Assembly: GCA_019704295.1 (NCBI GenBank)
Contig: AP024596.1
Coordinates: forward strand, 1,088,001 to 1,152,000
Direction of reading: 5' to 3'
Origin: Sulfolobales archaeon HS-7
GTDB taxonomy: Archaea; Thermoproteota; Thermoprotei_A; Sulfolobales; Sulfolobaceae
Length of the DNA: 64,000 nt
In this document: positions 10,703-24,373 of the stretch, piece after piece
Layout of the letters: each line of letters starts with the position of its first letter
Position numbering within the stretch: position 1 is the stretch's first letter
The notes under the pieces: generated by a model
What the model saw: the letters and a program-made list of their open reading frames with translations, nothing else
Databases searched by the model: none
Told to the model about the DNA's origin: nothing
Made by a program: the position numbers and the translations under genes

Positions 10703-12211
10703 ATGGAACAAGTCATAGGATACACTATCGGAGAGGCTAATGTACTTTATGCTCATGCACTAGTGAGCAAAGCAAGGATGGGTACTTATGTTATTCTCTC
10801 TTACGATGAAGGAGAAGTTCTGGGATTAATTACGTCAGTAGTGCGGGGAAGCAGACTCATAGGAGACGACTTTAGCGATCTGGAGACTTTGGGGAAGATA
10901 AGGGAATTTGATAATGCGAAAACGACCTATATGAAGGCTAATATTAGATTGATTATGGATTTATCAAAGGGAACGACCCCTGATACGCCCCCTCCTCCAG
11001 GGACTCCAGTGAAGCTAGCTGGGGACGACGTGCTACGAAATCTACTTCAAGATTCTAATGACGCTACTATAACTATAGGGAATCTAATCGGGAACGAGGA
11101 CGTACCAGTTAATATTAACATTAGGTACCTGGCAAGCAGGCATTTGGCAATTTTAGCTGCTACAGGTTCCGGCAAATCGAACACCGTAGCCGTACTCTCA
11201 TCAGGAATCGCCGAAATAGGGGGATGCATAGTCATATACGACTATCACGGCGAGTACATTAACAGTGATATAAGGGAAAAACATGTAATACAGCCTTTCA
11301 TAAACCCACTATACTTAACTTCGTCTGAAATTGCAGAGCTTATGAACATAAGGGAGAACGCGACCAATCAGCAAAGAGTCCTGAGGAAGGCAATTAAGAG
11401 TTTACGGGGGAACATCGAGAAGGGAGTAGATAGTAACAGTGAATTCACGCAACTCCTCTCTGATGCAATTGAGGCAAAGGGAGAGAGAAGCGAAAAGGGG
11501 TACGGAGAGGATAAGAAGGCTATTACGGATCTCCTAAATAAGATTGAGGACTTCGAAGACAGGTATGCTTATATATTGCGGTGGGATGCACCCCCAGTTA
11601 CGTCAAATTTGATGCTGGGAAGGGTTAACATCGTTAATCTTGAAGGTTTGGACGATAATGTAATTGATGCGGTCATTTCTCATTATCTGAAGAATATACT
11701 TGAAGCAAGGAAGGCCTACAAACACGGTAGGCAAGGTTTACCCTTTCCCGTAATCAACGTTATAGAGGAAGCACATATATTTCTTTCCAATACTGATAAC
11801 ACCTTAACTAAGTACTGGGCATCACGGATTGCAAAGGAGGGCAGAAAGTTCGGTACTTCTCTAATAATAGTGAGTCAACGTCCTAAAGGGCTGGACCCAG
11901 GAATTTTAAGCCAAATGACAAATAAAATCGTAATGAAAATTGTTGAACCTGAGGATCAGAAATATATAATGTCATCAAGTGACAATCTCAGCGAAGATCT
12001 CATTAATCAGTTGCCGGCTTTAGCTGTGGGACAGGCAATAATAGTAGGTATGATAGTGAGGATCCCAGTCTTGGCGAAAATAAGGAAATTCGAGGGGGTT
12101 CTAGGAGGTGCGGATCCGGACGTAATGGCCGAGTGGAGTAAAGCCAAGGAAAAAGCCGAAGAAAACGAGAGGATAGGAAGGGAAATATCCAATATGGGTG
12201 AGCAATTGTGA
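10703..12211 (+). CDS. herA: Bipolar DNA helicase/translocase HerA
   Basis: N-terminal HAS barrel, Walker A AATGSGKS, IEEAH, EGRKFG, SQRP. First gene of the canonical operon. Confidence 0.95.
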   Translation: MEQVIGYTIGEANVLYAHALVSKARMGTYVILSYDEGEVLGLITSVVRGSRLIGDDFSDLETLGKIREFDNAKTTYMKANIRLIMDLSKGTTPDTPPPPGTPVKLAGDDVLRNLLQDSNDATITIGNLIGNEDVPVNINIRYLASRHLAILAATGSGKSNTVAVLSSGIAEIGGCIVIYDYHGEYINSDIREKHVIQPFINPLYLTSSEIAELMNIRENATNQQRVLRKAIKSLRGNIEKGVDSNSEFTQLLSDAIEAKGERSEKGYGEDKKAITDLLNKIEDFEDRYAYILRWDAPPVTSNLMLGRVNIVNLEGLDDNVIDAVISHYLKNILEARKAYKHGRQGLPFPVINVIEEAHIFLSNTDNTLTKYWASRIAKEGRKFGTSLIIVSQRPKGLDPGILSQMTNKIVMKIVEPEDQKYIMSSSDNLSEDLINQLPALAVGQAIIVGMIVRIPVLAKIRKFEGVLGGADPDVMAEWSKAKEKAEENERIGREISNMGEQL

Positions 12212-13326
12212 TGTTTTTACACATATCCGATACACATCTCGGAAAAAGACCTTATGGAAAAACCGAAAGAGAGGGGGACATATACGATTCCTTTAAGCAG
12301 CTTGTGGACATAGCTATAAACGAAAGGGTCTCATTTGTAATACATTCGGGCGACTTCTTTGACGTTTATGAGCCATCTGCTATGGCATATACAGTTGCCA
12401 TTGAGAATCTGAAAAGGTTAAAGGAGGCAAACATCCCGTTCTTCGTAATACCAGGAAATCACGATCTTGCTACCATAAGAGGTAAGGGACTTCCATTAAG
12501 GGTGCTGGAGGTTGTTGGATTAGTAAAAGTACTTGATGGAAAGGAAAAGACAAGCGTTTTTTCTGGAATCAACATCTACGGGATAAAGTACTCCCCGACT
12601 AGGGAGGCATTTGTCAGCGAGGTAAAAGGTATTGTCCCAAGTGGGAAGTCCGTATTAATGATTCATCAGGGTCTTAAAGAGTACCTCCCTTTCAACGGTT
12701 CATATCAAATTGAGGAATCTGAACTCCCAAAGGGATTTACGTATTACGCACTTGGCCACGTGCACACACGTAAATATAAAAGGTTCAACGACGGTTCCCT
12801 GTTAGCCCTACCCTCATCTCCAGACATCCTCGATGTCAGGGAGATAGAGGATTACAGGAAGAACGGTAAGGGGGGATTTCTTGTTGATTTGAGCAAAGAC
12901 GAACCCTATATTCAACAGGTTAACGTTGACGTAAGGGAACAACTTCTAATATGGGTTCGAAAAGAAAATATTAAAAGCGAAATAGATAAGGAATTAGCTA
13001 GCGTATCTTCCAAGAAGTTACCCCTCATCCACCTCATACTTCACGGCGAACCCATAGAGCCCAAACTTCTAACGTCAGTAATGAAACAGTTTTCGGACAG
13101 GATTTATTGGTGGAGGGTAGAAAAGGACGAAACGGAAATTTCAAAGGATATCAAGCTCTTTGGAGACACGTCCCAGGAAAACGTTACATCACTTACAAGA
13201 AAATACCTTTTAGCTCAGGGATATACAGAGGAAGAATCTAACGCAATAATAGACCTGATCGAGAGTGCAGAAGATGAAGAGGAAAGTTACGCCAAGTTAA
13301 AACGGTTCCTCGGGATCCAAAAATGA
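12208..13326 (+). CDS. mre11: DNA double-strand break repair nuclease Mre11
   Basis: SDTHLG, GDFFD, GNHD and LGHVH phosphoesterase motifs; 4-bp overlap with herA. Confidence 0.95.
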   Translation: MMFLHISDTHLGKRPYGKTEREGDIYDSFKQLVDIAINERVSFVIHSGDFFDVYEPSAMAYTVAIENLKRLKEANIPFFVIPGNHDLATIRGKGLPLRVLEVVGLVKVLDGKEKTSVFSGINIYGIKYSPTREAFVSEVKGIVPSGKSVLMIHQGLKEYLPFNGSYQIEESELPKGFTYYALGHVHTRKYKRFNDGSLLALPSSPDILDVREIEDYRKNGKGGFLVDLSKDEPYIQQVNVDVREQLLIWVRKENIKSEIDKELASVSSKKLPLIHLILHGEPIEPKLLTSVMKQFSDRIYWWRVEKDETEISKDIKLFGDTSQENVTSLTRKYLLAQGYTEEESNAIIDLIESAEDEEESYAKLKRFLGIQK

Positions 13327-15965
13327 TACTGGTTAAGTCCATAACCCTTAACAATTTTCTAAGTCATAAACAAAATAAGGTTGAGTTCGTCGGAGGAATT
13401 AATGTAATTGTAGGTGAAAACGGGGCGGGAAAGAGTTCTATCATGGAGGGTATTCTATACGCTCTTTTCGGCGGATCTGCCCGGGGTCACCTAAAGGGAA
13501 AGACGGCGGATTTAATAAAAAAGGGAGAAAGACAGGGCTGGGTTCATCTAGAGTTACTCGATGAAAACGATACCTATATTATTCATAGAACGATTTCGGT
13601 TTCCTCATCCCATGTTACCGACACTCTTGCAAGTGCAAGAAAGGGACCGTTAGCTAGTAGTGCGCAAGCGATAACCCAAGAGATCACTAAAATTATGGGA
13701 CTCGACAAGGACACGTTAATGGATACAGTGTTTGTTAAACAAGGAGAGATGGAAAGCGTTATCGATAACCTAGGGAAAGTGTTAGAGAAAGTAGCGAACG
13801 TGGAGAATATAACAAAGTTGAGAAAGCAGGGGACTTTTAGGGAATTAAGAAAGGAGATTCAGGGCAGGTTAGAATACTTCGAGAAAATTACGGAAAACTC
13901 TAAGGAGTTGGAGAAGGAAATAGAGGATAAGGAATCCAAGGTAGTGAGGGAGAAAATTGCCATTGATAACTTCTCTAAACAGCTTGAGAGGGTAACAGAG
14001 GAGAGAGAGGAATTGGAGAAAAGAATAGTACCAATGAAGAAGGCAAGGGAAGAGTACATTTCATTAACTGGAAAGCGAGATACGATAAGACTGGAAATAA
14101 TTAGCCTCCTAAAAAAGTACTCTCTGGATGAGGAAAACTTAGACGTTGGGGAGGGAATGATTATCTCAAAGATGAAAGACGTTGGGAATTCATATGCAAA
14201 GGAAAAGGAGGTATTAGATGAACAAATTGCGAAACTAGAAAGAGCGGAAGGGGTGTTGAAGTTACTAGATGAATTAAGGAGGGAATCGAAAAGGCTAGAA
14301 GGCAATATCAAAGAAAGGGAGAAGAAATTAGTAGAATTAAAACAGAAATACGATAAGAAAATTAGTTTGTTTCCTAATTATAACAAGTACGCAGAGTTAA
14401 GGGAGAAAGCTAGGGTATTGGAAAAGGAATATCTAAACTTTGCAAAGGAAGATAAGATGATTAAGGAATTGAGAAAAAGGGTTGAACAGCGGAAAATCAA
14501 CGTAAATAACCTACGAGAGAAACTGTCAGGACTTGAGAAAAATGCGCAAGAGTTTAATTTGAACTTAATTAGAGCCGAGTCTGACAGGGTAATACAGGAG
14601 CTCAGTAATAACAGAACTGAATTAGTAAGGATTACTGACGCAATATCGAAATTGCAGAACACTACGGAAGGAAAATGTCCTGTGTGCGGAGCACCTATGG
14701 ATGAAGAACATAAGAAACAACTATTAGAGGAGTACGAAAAGAAGAAGGCTCTGTTACAGGGCAATATATTCCGACTGGAATCGGAAAAGAAGGAACTCGA
14801 GAATAAGATGAAAAAGGGTGACGACTTTGAGAGGCAAATTATTAAGGTAAGGGCAGAAATATCGCAAGCAGAGAGCGAACTCAGTAAAGAGGAAATCGAA
14901 CTGTCAAGCAGGGAAAAGACTCTTAAAGCTCTCGAGAGTAATGCGAGGGAATATGAGGGAATTAGGCAAGAGCTTTCCCGCCTCGAATCCGATTACAATG
15001 AGTACGTTAGTGTATCAAGCGTATCTGAGGAGGAGATAAAGGAAACGGAAATGAGAATTGAGGAGGAAAGGAGAGAATTTGAGGAGAAGAAAAACGAAAT
15101 AGTAAAACTTGAAAAGGAATTACAGGGTATAGAAAGGAGTGATATCGTAAAACTTCCTGAATTAAAGCAAAGGAAGGACTTCTTACTAGGTAAAATGAAA
15201 GAAGTTGATAATGATATCGATCGGTTTACAGATTTATTCAGGCAGTATAAGGAATTAATCAGGATGATAAATGTCATGAATTTCAATGAAGAGGAGTATC
15301 AGCAGACGGACAAGCAACTTTCCGAACTAGAAAAAAGAGAGAACGAATTGAAGTCCGAAATATATAAAAGGAAGTACCTCATTGAGAACGAGGAGAAGGA
15401 GATCTCCCAACTTAAGGACAAATTAATCAATACTAAGGAAGAAATTAAGGAGAAAGAGGTTTATGATAAGGCTCTAGGGAAGTTAAGGAAACTTGAAGAT
15501 GTTCTTTCTGACGAGAAACTACCTGCCTACTTAAAGCAAACAGTATCAAGAATACTAGAAAAGAAAGCGTACATGAACCTCTCTATGTTCGACATGCAAT
15601 TTTCATCATTAGCACTGGACGAAAGAAACGATTATCAACCATTACTTGATAAAGGTGACGGGTATACTATACCTGCGAGAAATTTAAGTGGAGGAGAGAG
15701 AGTTGCTCTCTCTCTATCGCTAAGGTTAGCCTTAGCTAGTTTACATAACAGTAGAGTGGGCTTTGTTATACTGGACGAACCCACGGTATTCTTGGATGAA
15801 ACAAGGAAAAGGGAACTGCTATCAGTGATCTTGAAGAGCAGGGAATTCATATCCCAAATAATAGTTGTTACTCATGACGAGGAGGTGGTGGAAGGGGCCG
15901 ATTCCGTAATTAAAGTTCGAAACTTAAACGGCAATAGCGAAGTCGTAAGGGAGGCTGTGGCATGA
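13323..15965 (+). CDS. rad50: DNA double-strand break repair ATPase Rad50
   Basis: Walker A GENGAGKS, long coiled coils, CPVC zinc hook, LSGGE signature, ILDEPT. Confidence 0.96.
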   Translation: MILVKSITLNNFLSHKQNKVEFVGGINVIVGENGAGKSSIMEGILYALFGGSARGHLKGKTADLIKKGERQGWVHLELLDENDTYIIHRTISVSSSHVTDTLASARKGPLASSAQAITQEITKIMGLDKDTLMDTVFVKQGEMESVIDNLGKVLEKVANVENITKLRKQGTFRELRKEIQGRLEYFEKITENSKELEKEIEDKESKVVREKIAIDNFSKQLERVTEEREELEKRIVPMKKAREEYISLTGKRDTIRLEIISLLKKYSLDEENLDVGEGMIISKMKDVGNSYAKEKEVLDEQIAKLERAEGVLKLLDELRRESKRLEGNIKEREKKLVELKQKYDKKISLFPNYNKYAELREKARVLEKEYLNFAKEDKMIKELRKRVEQRKINVNNLREKLSGLEKNAQEFNLNLIRAESDRVIQELSNNRTELVRITDAISKLQNTTEGKCPVCGAPMDEEHKKQLLEEYEKKKALLQGNIFRLESEKKELENKMKKGDDFERQIIKVRAEISQAESELSKEEIELSSREKTLKALESNAREYEGIRQELSRLESDYNEYVSVSSVSEEEIKETEMRIEEERREFEEKKNEIVKLEKELQGIERSDIVKLPELKQRKDFLLGKMKEVDNDIDRFTDLFRQYKELIRMINVMNFNEEEYQQTDKQLSELEKRENELKSEIYKRKYLIENEEKEISQLKDKLINTKEEIKEKEVYDKALGKLRKLEDVLSDEKLPAYLKQTVSRILEKKAYMNLSMFDMQFSSLALDERNDYQPLLDKGDGYTIPARNLSGGERVALSLSLRLALASLHNSRVGFVILDEPTVFLDETRKRELLSVILKSREFISQIIVVTHDEEVVEGADSVIKVRNLNGNSEVVREAVA

Positions 15966-16882
15966 TAGGCGTAATGTATTCCAGATATATTGAGAGAGTT
16001 GACGAGATAAAGTTACAGATGGAAAACCTGGCAAATAGAACTGTTCGAGAGGAGGAAGAGAAAGTTAAGAACCTATGGATCAAGTATTATTCGAACGCAG
16101 ACGAATGTTCCGTGTTAGCAGTCGATGGAGGTCACTTTACATATGAGATTAGGAGTGGAGTTATTTACGCTATAGATGCTGAAGCGATAAGCTGGCGCGA
16201 TCAAGAAAAGATAGCATACCAGGATGGGGAGGTATCGATAATGAGGCCAGGAGAGGGAGCTAAAAAGAAGGTATCCCTTGAGATGGAAAGATTAGAAATA
16301 CTCTCCGCTCGTTCTGGGTATAATGGGGAGGATTTAGTCCTCATGGATGGAAGTATTGCCAGCGTTTTTAGAGTTGAAGAGGAGTTAGCTCAAGTCTATC
16401 AAAAGCTTCACGACGAGTTCAATAAACTAATAATACTGGCTAAAGACGTAGTATGGATATCGAAGAATTCCAGGTTAAGGCCTTTGTTTAAGTCAGAACT
16501 TTCAGATGTAACGTTACTCGAAATGTTAACGGAAACACCCGGTTTTACGAGACCCACGAGGAGGAAGGTGAATAGGAACAAAGCGCTTAACTCAGAACTA
16601 TGGGAAAAAATAGGAGGGGGTGCGTGGTTTACATACTTTAGACTTTCGAAGGGGGGACCGATATTAAAGCTCGAGTACCTTAATGAACTTACTGAGAAGA
16701 GGATAGAAAATATATTGAATTGTTTGTCTAAATACAATGTTCAGGGTTATCCCTACCCTCTTTTAAAAGTACATTACGATGTTAAGTTTACTAAGGGCGA
16801 TAAGTTAAGAATACTAGAGTCGCTGGGAGTCAAGGTAAAGAGAATAGCAAATTGGTGGCCGAGGCAACTATCCGACCTATAG
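15962..16882 (+). CDS. nurA: 5'-3' nuclease NurA
   Basis: AVDGG, LMDGS and GYPYPLLKVH motifs; last gene of the herA-mre11-rad50-nurA operon. Confidence 0.92.
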   Translation: MIGVMYSRYIERVDEIKLQMENLANRTVREEEEKVKNLWIKYYSNADECSVLAVDGGHFTYEIRSGVIYAIDAEAISWRDQEKIAYQDGEVSIMRPGEGAKKKVSLEMERLEILSARSGYNGEDLVLMDGSIASVFRVEEELAQVYQKLHDEFNKLIILAKDVVWISKNSRLRPLFKSELSDVTLLEMLTETPGFTRPTRRKVNRNKALNSELWEKIGGGAWFTYFRLSKGGPILKLEYLNELTEKRIENILNCLSKYNVQGYPYPLLKVHYDVKFTKGDKLRILESLGVKVKRIANWWPRQLSDL

Positions 16883-16932
16883 GAAACTTCTGACTAACTC
16901 ATTATGTGACCCTAATTTAAACGAGATCTACT

Positions 16933-17271
16933 TCAGGCTTGTGTCATTACATCGATAAATTTCTTATACCATTGCTCATATTCATTCCTTGTAATTACAT
17001 GTATCTCGAAGACCCTATTATTTATTGCTTCCATCACTATTTCCACGGTTCTGACCTTACTTTTTAGATCTATTCCTAGTGTATCGGATATAACTAAGAC
17101 GTCAATGTCGCTGTCTGGTCTGTAATTCCCCTTAGCTACGCTTCCAAAAATGTAAACCTCAGCTTCAGGATCGAGGAGCTTTACTAATTCCTTTATCTTA
17201 GTGAGAAAAGTGAGTAAATTATTGAAAGCCTCAGCCCTCTCTTTTGCTCTATCCATCATGAGGTCAAGCAT
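16933..17271 (-). CDS. Minimal nucleotidyltransferase (MNT), antitoxin-like
   Basis: FGSVAKGNYRPDSDID matches GS-x10-DxD; overlaps the HEPN gene. Confidence 0.9.
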   Translation of the reverse strand: MLDLMMDRAKERAEAFNNLLTFLTKIKELVKLLDPEAEVYIFGSVAKGNYRPDSDIDVLVISDTLGIDLKSKVRTVEIVMEAINNRVFEIHVITRNEYEQWYKKFIDVMTQA

Positions 17272-17633
17272 CTTATAATCCCCGAGAATTTCTCCGCTAT
17301 TTCTACGGATCTCTCCGCATCCTCTTTAGTAAATTGAGTACCGAAGTATCTTCCCTGTGTGTAGGAGAAATAAATCACATACAGAAAATCCTTGTTCTTG
17401 GTTATAAATTCGCTAACTTCACACCTGCTTGAGTATAATTTATCTATATCCCTTAATAGAGCCAGGATATCATGTGTTTTGGGATAGTCACCAACTTTCA
17501 AGTAGATTAGAAATTTGCAGTAAAGCTGGATGTATTGTTCCACGTCAAACATCACTAGATTATAAAATCCCCTTCCGAGGTTATATTTGGCGTTATCGAG
17601 AAACTCCTCGGCCCTGTCCCTCAAGAAACTCAT
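17256..17633 (-). CDS. HEPN-domain protein of a HEPN-MNT pair
   Basis: AEEFLDNAKYNL...EQYIQLYCK, PKTHDI and RY motifs; adjacent to MNT. Confidence 0.88.
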   Translation of the reverse strand: MSFLRDRAEEFLDNAKYNLGRGFYNLVMFDVEQYIQLYCKFLIYLKVGDYPKTHDILALLRDIDKLYSSRCEVSEFITKNKDFLYVIYFSYTQGRYFGTQFTKEDAERSVEIAEKFSGIIRCLTS

Positions 17634-18071
17634 GAGGAAATTGACGTGCTTGACTAAATAATGCTATTGTAAAACATTACTTCAGCGACTTCCACTGTCA
17701 CGTCAAGAGGGTTTTGACTTTAACTGATCGTGTGTTCAGCGGCCGTAAATAAGGTTGGACTGCTAGGGACTATAATGCCCTTCCCCCCAACATTTTGAGA
17801 AGATCTAGGTGGTATCTCCGGTATCTCTAAAACCTTCAACTCTTAGCAGAAAGCTACCGGTAACTATTGAGTAAGCCGTACACAGTAGAGCGGAGTAGCT
17901 CGTCTAAGTCTAGTGAGGTAGTTCATACTTAGACGAATCGTCACTATTCACTAGTGATTCCAGAGTTTTTCTTTACCAAAAAGGAATAAGATAAAAGCTT
18001 ACTAAAATACTAACGAGAAGGTCATAGCCATCTTATACTAAGTTTTAAATATTACGCCATTAAACTTTTAA

Positions 18072-18314
18072 ATGATGGAAAACTACATCCCTTCCTTTAC
18101 GAACTGGTCTTTAGGAAGGGGAGGAAAGAATGCGGATTCTGTTGGCAAATACAATTTCTTAGGACAGGTTTCCGACAGGAGCTGGACTTTTTCAGCTAAC
18201 AAGGAGAAAGAGGGAAAGGATTGTTGTAATCGAACGGTTATAAGTTCATATAACAACGGCGTGCTTACTAGCAAAGACGTAATTTTATTAGAACAGGGGG
18301 TAAGCAATGGATAA
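18072..18314 (+). CDS. Small hypothetical protein
   Basis: TATA-like TTTTAAAT about 25 nt upstream of the ATG; stop overlaps the next gene, whose start has a GGGGGT SD. Confidence 0.45.
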   Translation: MMENYIPSFTNWSLGRGGKNADSVGKYNFLGQVSDRSWTFSANKEKEGKDCCNRTVISSYNNGVLTSKDVILLEQGVSNG

Positions 18315-18774
18315 CTTCAAGGAGTTGATCATATCATCTGCCCTTTCAACGATGATACAGGATTATCCACAAATCGAAAAGGAAGGAAAAGACAAAAAGG
18401 AAAGCTGTAGATATTATTATCGCGATTATTGTGTCTTATTTAGAGTTCGGGGGGACACGGTTTCAGTATGGACGTCTGGTGAAAGGATGGACCCCCATCC
18501 AGTTGTATGTTATGTATGTCCTTATTATTATTCTCATGATGAGGAGAAAGTTATAGACTTTTCATTGTCCGAATTATACATTTACTATTATAATCAGGAG
18601 AAGTCCATAGAGCGGGAACTGGAATGGCTTGAGGATAGGATAAAGAGAATTGGATCGATGGCGATACCAATAGGTTTAATTAGGAGAAGGGAGGGACTGC
18701 TCAGCACCTTGAACGATATGAGAAGTAAGAGAAGGATCGTAACAATTATAATGCGCCTATCAAGGAAAATATAG
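18307..18774 (+). CDS. Hypothetical protein with four Cys (possible Zn site) and C-terminal coiled coil
   Basis: C-x7-C ... C-x2-C pattern and a heptad-like C-terminus. Confidence 0.7.
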   Translation: MDNFKELIISSALSTMIQDYPQIEKEGKDKKESCRYYYRDYCVLFRVRGDTVSVWTSGERMDPHPVVCYVCPYYYSHDEEKVIDFSLSELYIYYYNQEKSIERELEWLEDRIKRIGSMAIPIGLIRRREGLLSTLNDMRSKRRIVTIIMRLSRKI

Positions 18775-19016
18775 AAAACCATTTTGAGATTTCCGTACCT
18801 TACAAACAACTAACGTTAAATTCCCCTCGATCCTTGAAATCCACGATAAGTTATCCAGTAACAACAACCGTATATTGCTGTTTTCATTATTGAAACTTAT
18901 GATAATTAGGGATATAATGAATTATAACTTGGTGGGCGGTAACTATCTCACGAAAGCGTTAATCACGTCAGATGATCGGCAGGTGAGTTTTTAAATAGCG
19001 AAGTTATCTATTACTC

Positions 19017-19346
19017 ATGATCATATTTTACGCTATAGGGGAAAAAGAAAAAGCAAGAGAACTTGTTCGCGTTATAACTAAGACGAGGTGGAAGATAGTT
19101 TCAAAGCACGCCGTTAAGCTAGCTAGTTCCTCAATAGGTCCTACTGTGGTGATATTAAAGCCGACTAAAGCAGGTCTCGCTGTTGCTTTATGGCTTCATC
19201 AGAGGGCTAAGGAGATGGGCATGATAAGTTCGGTGGGATGGTTTACTCCTATAGAGGGAACTCCTGACGACGTAGCCATGGCTATACAAAACGACTTAAA
19301 AAGGAAGTTCATGGTTCCCTTGGAAGTTCCATGGTCTCCAAAATGA
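19017..19346 (+). CDS. Hypothetical protein
   Basis: 109 aa; TTTTTAAA TATA-like box about 22 nt upstream (leaderless). Confidence 0.75.
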   Translation: MIIFYAIGEKEKARELVRVITKTRWKIVSKHAVKLASSSIGPTVVILKPTKAGLAVALWLHQRAKEMGMISSVGWFTPIEGTPDDVAMAIQNDLKRKFMVPLEVPWSPK

Positions 19347-19378
19347 TATTTAACAATGATAATCCGATAACTACGACC

Positions 19379-19681
19379 GTAAACTCACAATAACCTTACG
19401 AATCGAGCCTTGTCTCGCCATTTCCTGCTATATGGGAAAACGCCTTTCCATTCATCCATAGTGTGAGTTCTATTGAATCGTTCTATAATGCCTCGTATGA
19501 AAGAGAGGTCAAGGAGATTTTCTCCACAGGCTTAAGTTGCCCAAGCCCCGAGGTTATGGACCAATATCCTTCAGCCTCGATCCTAGTAAATATTACCGCT
19601 TTTATGTTGGAAAACCTTTCTATAAGGGGACTAACTGTATCTCATGGGAGGGGGGACTTTCAGTCCCAAGCCCTTGATAAG
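19379..19681 (-). mobile_element. Degenerate copy of the SMN1-like non-autonomous IS200/IS605 derivative
   Basis: The reverse complement aligns colinearly with 41573-41895 (GAAAGTCCCC, CCCCTTATAGAAA, TTAAGCCTGTGGAGA, ACCTCTCTT, CGTAAGG, terminal GTTTAC). Preceded by TTTAA on the minus strand. Confidence 0.75.
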
Positions 19682-19785
19682 TTAAAAATGAGGTATGTAA
19701 TATTTATCATCCCAGACTATATAATGCGTAATTTCCCCTATCTGAAGTTGCTAGAATAAAGGCCATCGAAAACAAACGGATGTAA

Positions 19786-20274
19786 TTATTGAGAAGATGT
19801 CTCAATCACTCTTCCTTTAGTTTTAGCGTCTAAATCTAAAACACCTATAACGGTGTCTTCATCTTCTTCAAGCTTAAACCCAAACTTTCTCCCTAGGGCA
19901 ATCATTGCTGCGTTTTCCAATAGCGTATAGAAGATCAATCTTCTCAGACCTAATTCCTTTGCTCGCTCTATTATCTTCTTCATTATTATGCTCCCTATAC
20001 CCATTCTTCTGAACTCAGCCCTTGTTACTAAAGAAAGCTCGCCAGATAAGTGCAAAGTTCCCTCTCCTGCGATCTTTCCGTTTACAAGAACTACAAAGGT
20101 GACATGATCTTTCCCTGTCGTCATTTTGATTGCATCGTTCTTAGAGAATTTGTAGAAATGGAAGAATCTTAGATATAAATCCTCAGTAGTTAAAGAACTG
20201 TAGAGTTCGTATATTAGCATCCAATCGTTCTCCGTAGCCTCCCTTATCTCTATATTGTCTCTTTGACATTCCAT
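19786..20274 (-). CDS. pat: Protein lysine acetyltransferase Pat (GNAT, Alba acetylase family)
   Basis: IREATENDW...EDLYLRFFH...RRMGIG...FYTLLEN matches recalled Sulfolobus Pat, and it lies next to the OFOR genes. Confidence 0.85.
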   Translation of the reverse strand: MECQRDNIEIREATENDWMLIYELYSSLTTEDLYLRFFHFYKFSKNDAIKMTTGKDHVTFVVLVNGKIAGEGTLHLSGELSLVTRAEFRRMGIGSIIMKKIIERAKELGLRRLIFYTLLENAAMIALGRKFGFKLEEDEDTVIGVLDLDAKTKGRVIETSSQ

Positions 20275-20509
20275 ATTTATATCTTACAATATGAGTTTAA
20301 ATAGATTTCCTATAATATATTACCGTCTAATAGCGTATGCATAGGGTTAATTTCCCTAAGTTCCCCGTTTCATCTTAATGAAGGAGAAGGGGATAAAAAC
20401 CAAACTAGGATTGGAAGTCCTCTTGGAGAGTATGGAAATTTAGCTATGTAGGTTACGTTCAAAAACTGCACGAAAACCTTTTAACCAAGGCAAAGTGAGG
20501 TAAAGTCAG

Positions 20510-23632
<3,123 letters not shown>

Positions 23633-23689
23633 ACACTCACTCAGGTGTAAATTATCTCGATTCAATTAAAAGCTTATTAGTTAAAATTG

Positions 23690-23701
23690 ATTACATGTAA
23701 T
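23690..23701. promoter_or_regulatory. Perfect 12-bp palindrome ATTACATGTAAT upstream of the OFOR operon, candidate operator
   Basis: Palindrome about 60 bp upstream of the OFOR alpha start. Confidence 0.35.
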
Positions 23702-23771
23702 AATTGTTTAAACATAGGTAGTGATATATTAATTCTGAGTCCGCCTACAAAGAAGTAGAACAGTTTATACT

Positions 23772-24362
23772 CTACGTTTTTTTCCTATACAGGGATACAT
23801 AATACAGTGGAGAATTGTTAGAAAGCCTAGGGTTTACATAATAGATTAGGTCAAAACCCTTAACCTTATCGTTATCCTGAATAAAAGACTGCTCATTCCA
23901 AAAAAGGTCTCCGTTAATGAAGAACGAATCCGCTTTCAATATATCGCGAACTCTTTGATAAGCGTCGAACCTTCTTTCACCCAGATTATGGAACACCAAG
24001 TTAGATATTGCTAAATCAAATCTCCCTAAAGTTTCACTCATCCCAAGGATATTTACTCTTTTAAACTCAACCCTATCGGAGAGTCCTAAAAGTTCCATAT
24101 TTCTCTTAGCTTTAACAATACTAGATTGCTCTAAGCTCTCATGACTAAAGGTGTCAATCCCCAATATGTCAGCGTTAGGGAAGTATTTAGCAGCTACATA
24201 TGAGAGAAATCCCAATCCACATCCTACGTCAAGTATCATTAAATGAGAACTCCTATCAACGCCCGTCCTCTGAAACAATACCGTGAATACTTGTTCGGCG
24301 TTCCCTCTTAGTTTCTCAGATTGTTCCCTGGTGCTATTATGGTAAATCCCGAAGTCGATCAT
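23772..24362 (-). CDS. Class I SAM-dependent methyltransferase
   Basis: ILDVGCGLG motif I; FDLAISNLVFHN. Confidence 0.85.
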   Translation of the reverse strand: MIDFGIYHNSTREQSEKLRGNAEQVFTVLFQRTGVDRSSHLMILDVGCGLGFLSYVAAKYFPNADILGIDTFSHESLEQSSIVKAKRNMELLGLSDRVEFKRVNILGMSETLGRFDLAISNLVFHNLGERRFDAYQRVRDILKADSFFINGDLFWNEQSFIQDNDKVKGFDLIYYVNPRLSNNSPLYYVSLYRKKT

Positions 24363-24373
24363 TGAGATGCCTT

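Noticed and set aside
19463-19759. 98-aa ORF in the track
   Set aside because: Overlies a degenerate SMN1-like element on the opposite strand; no protein motifs.
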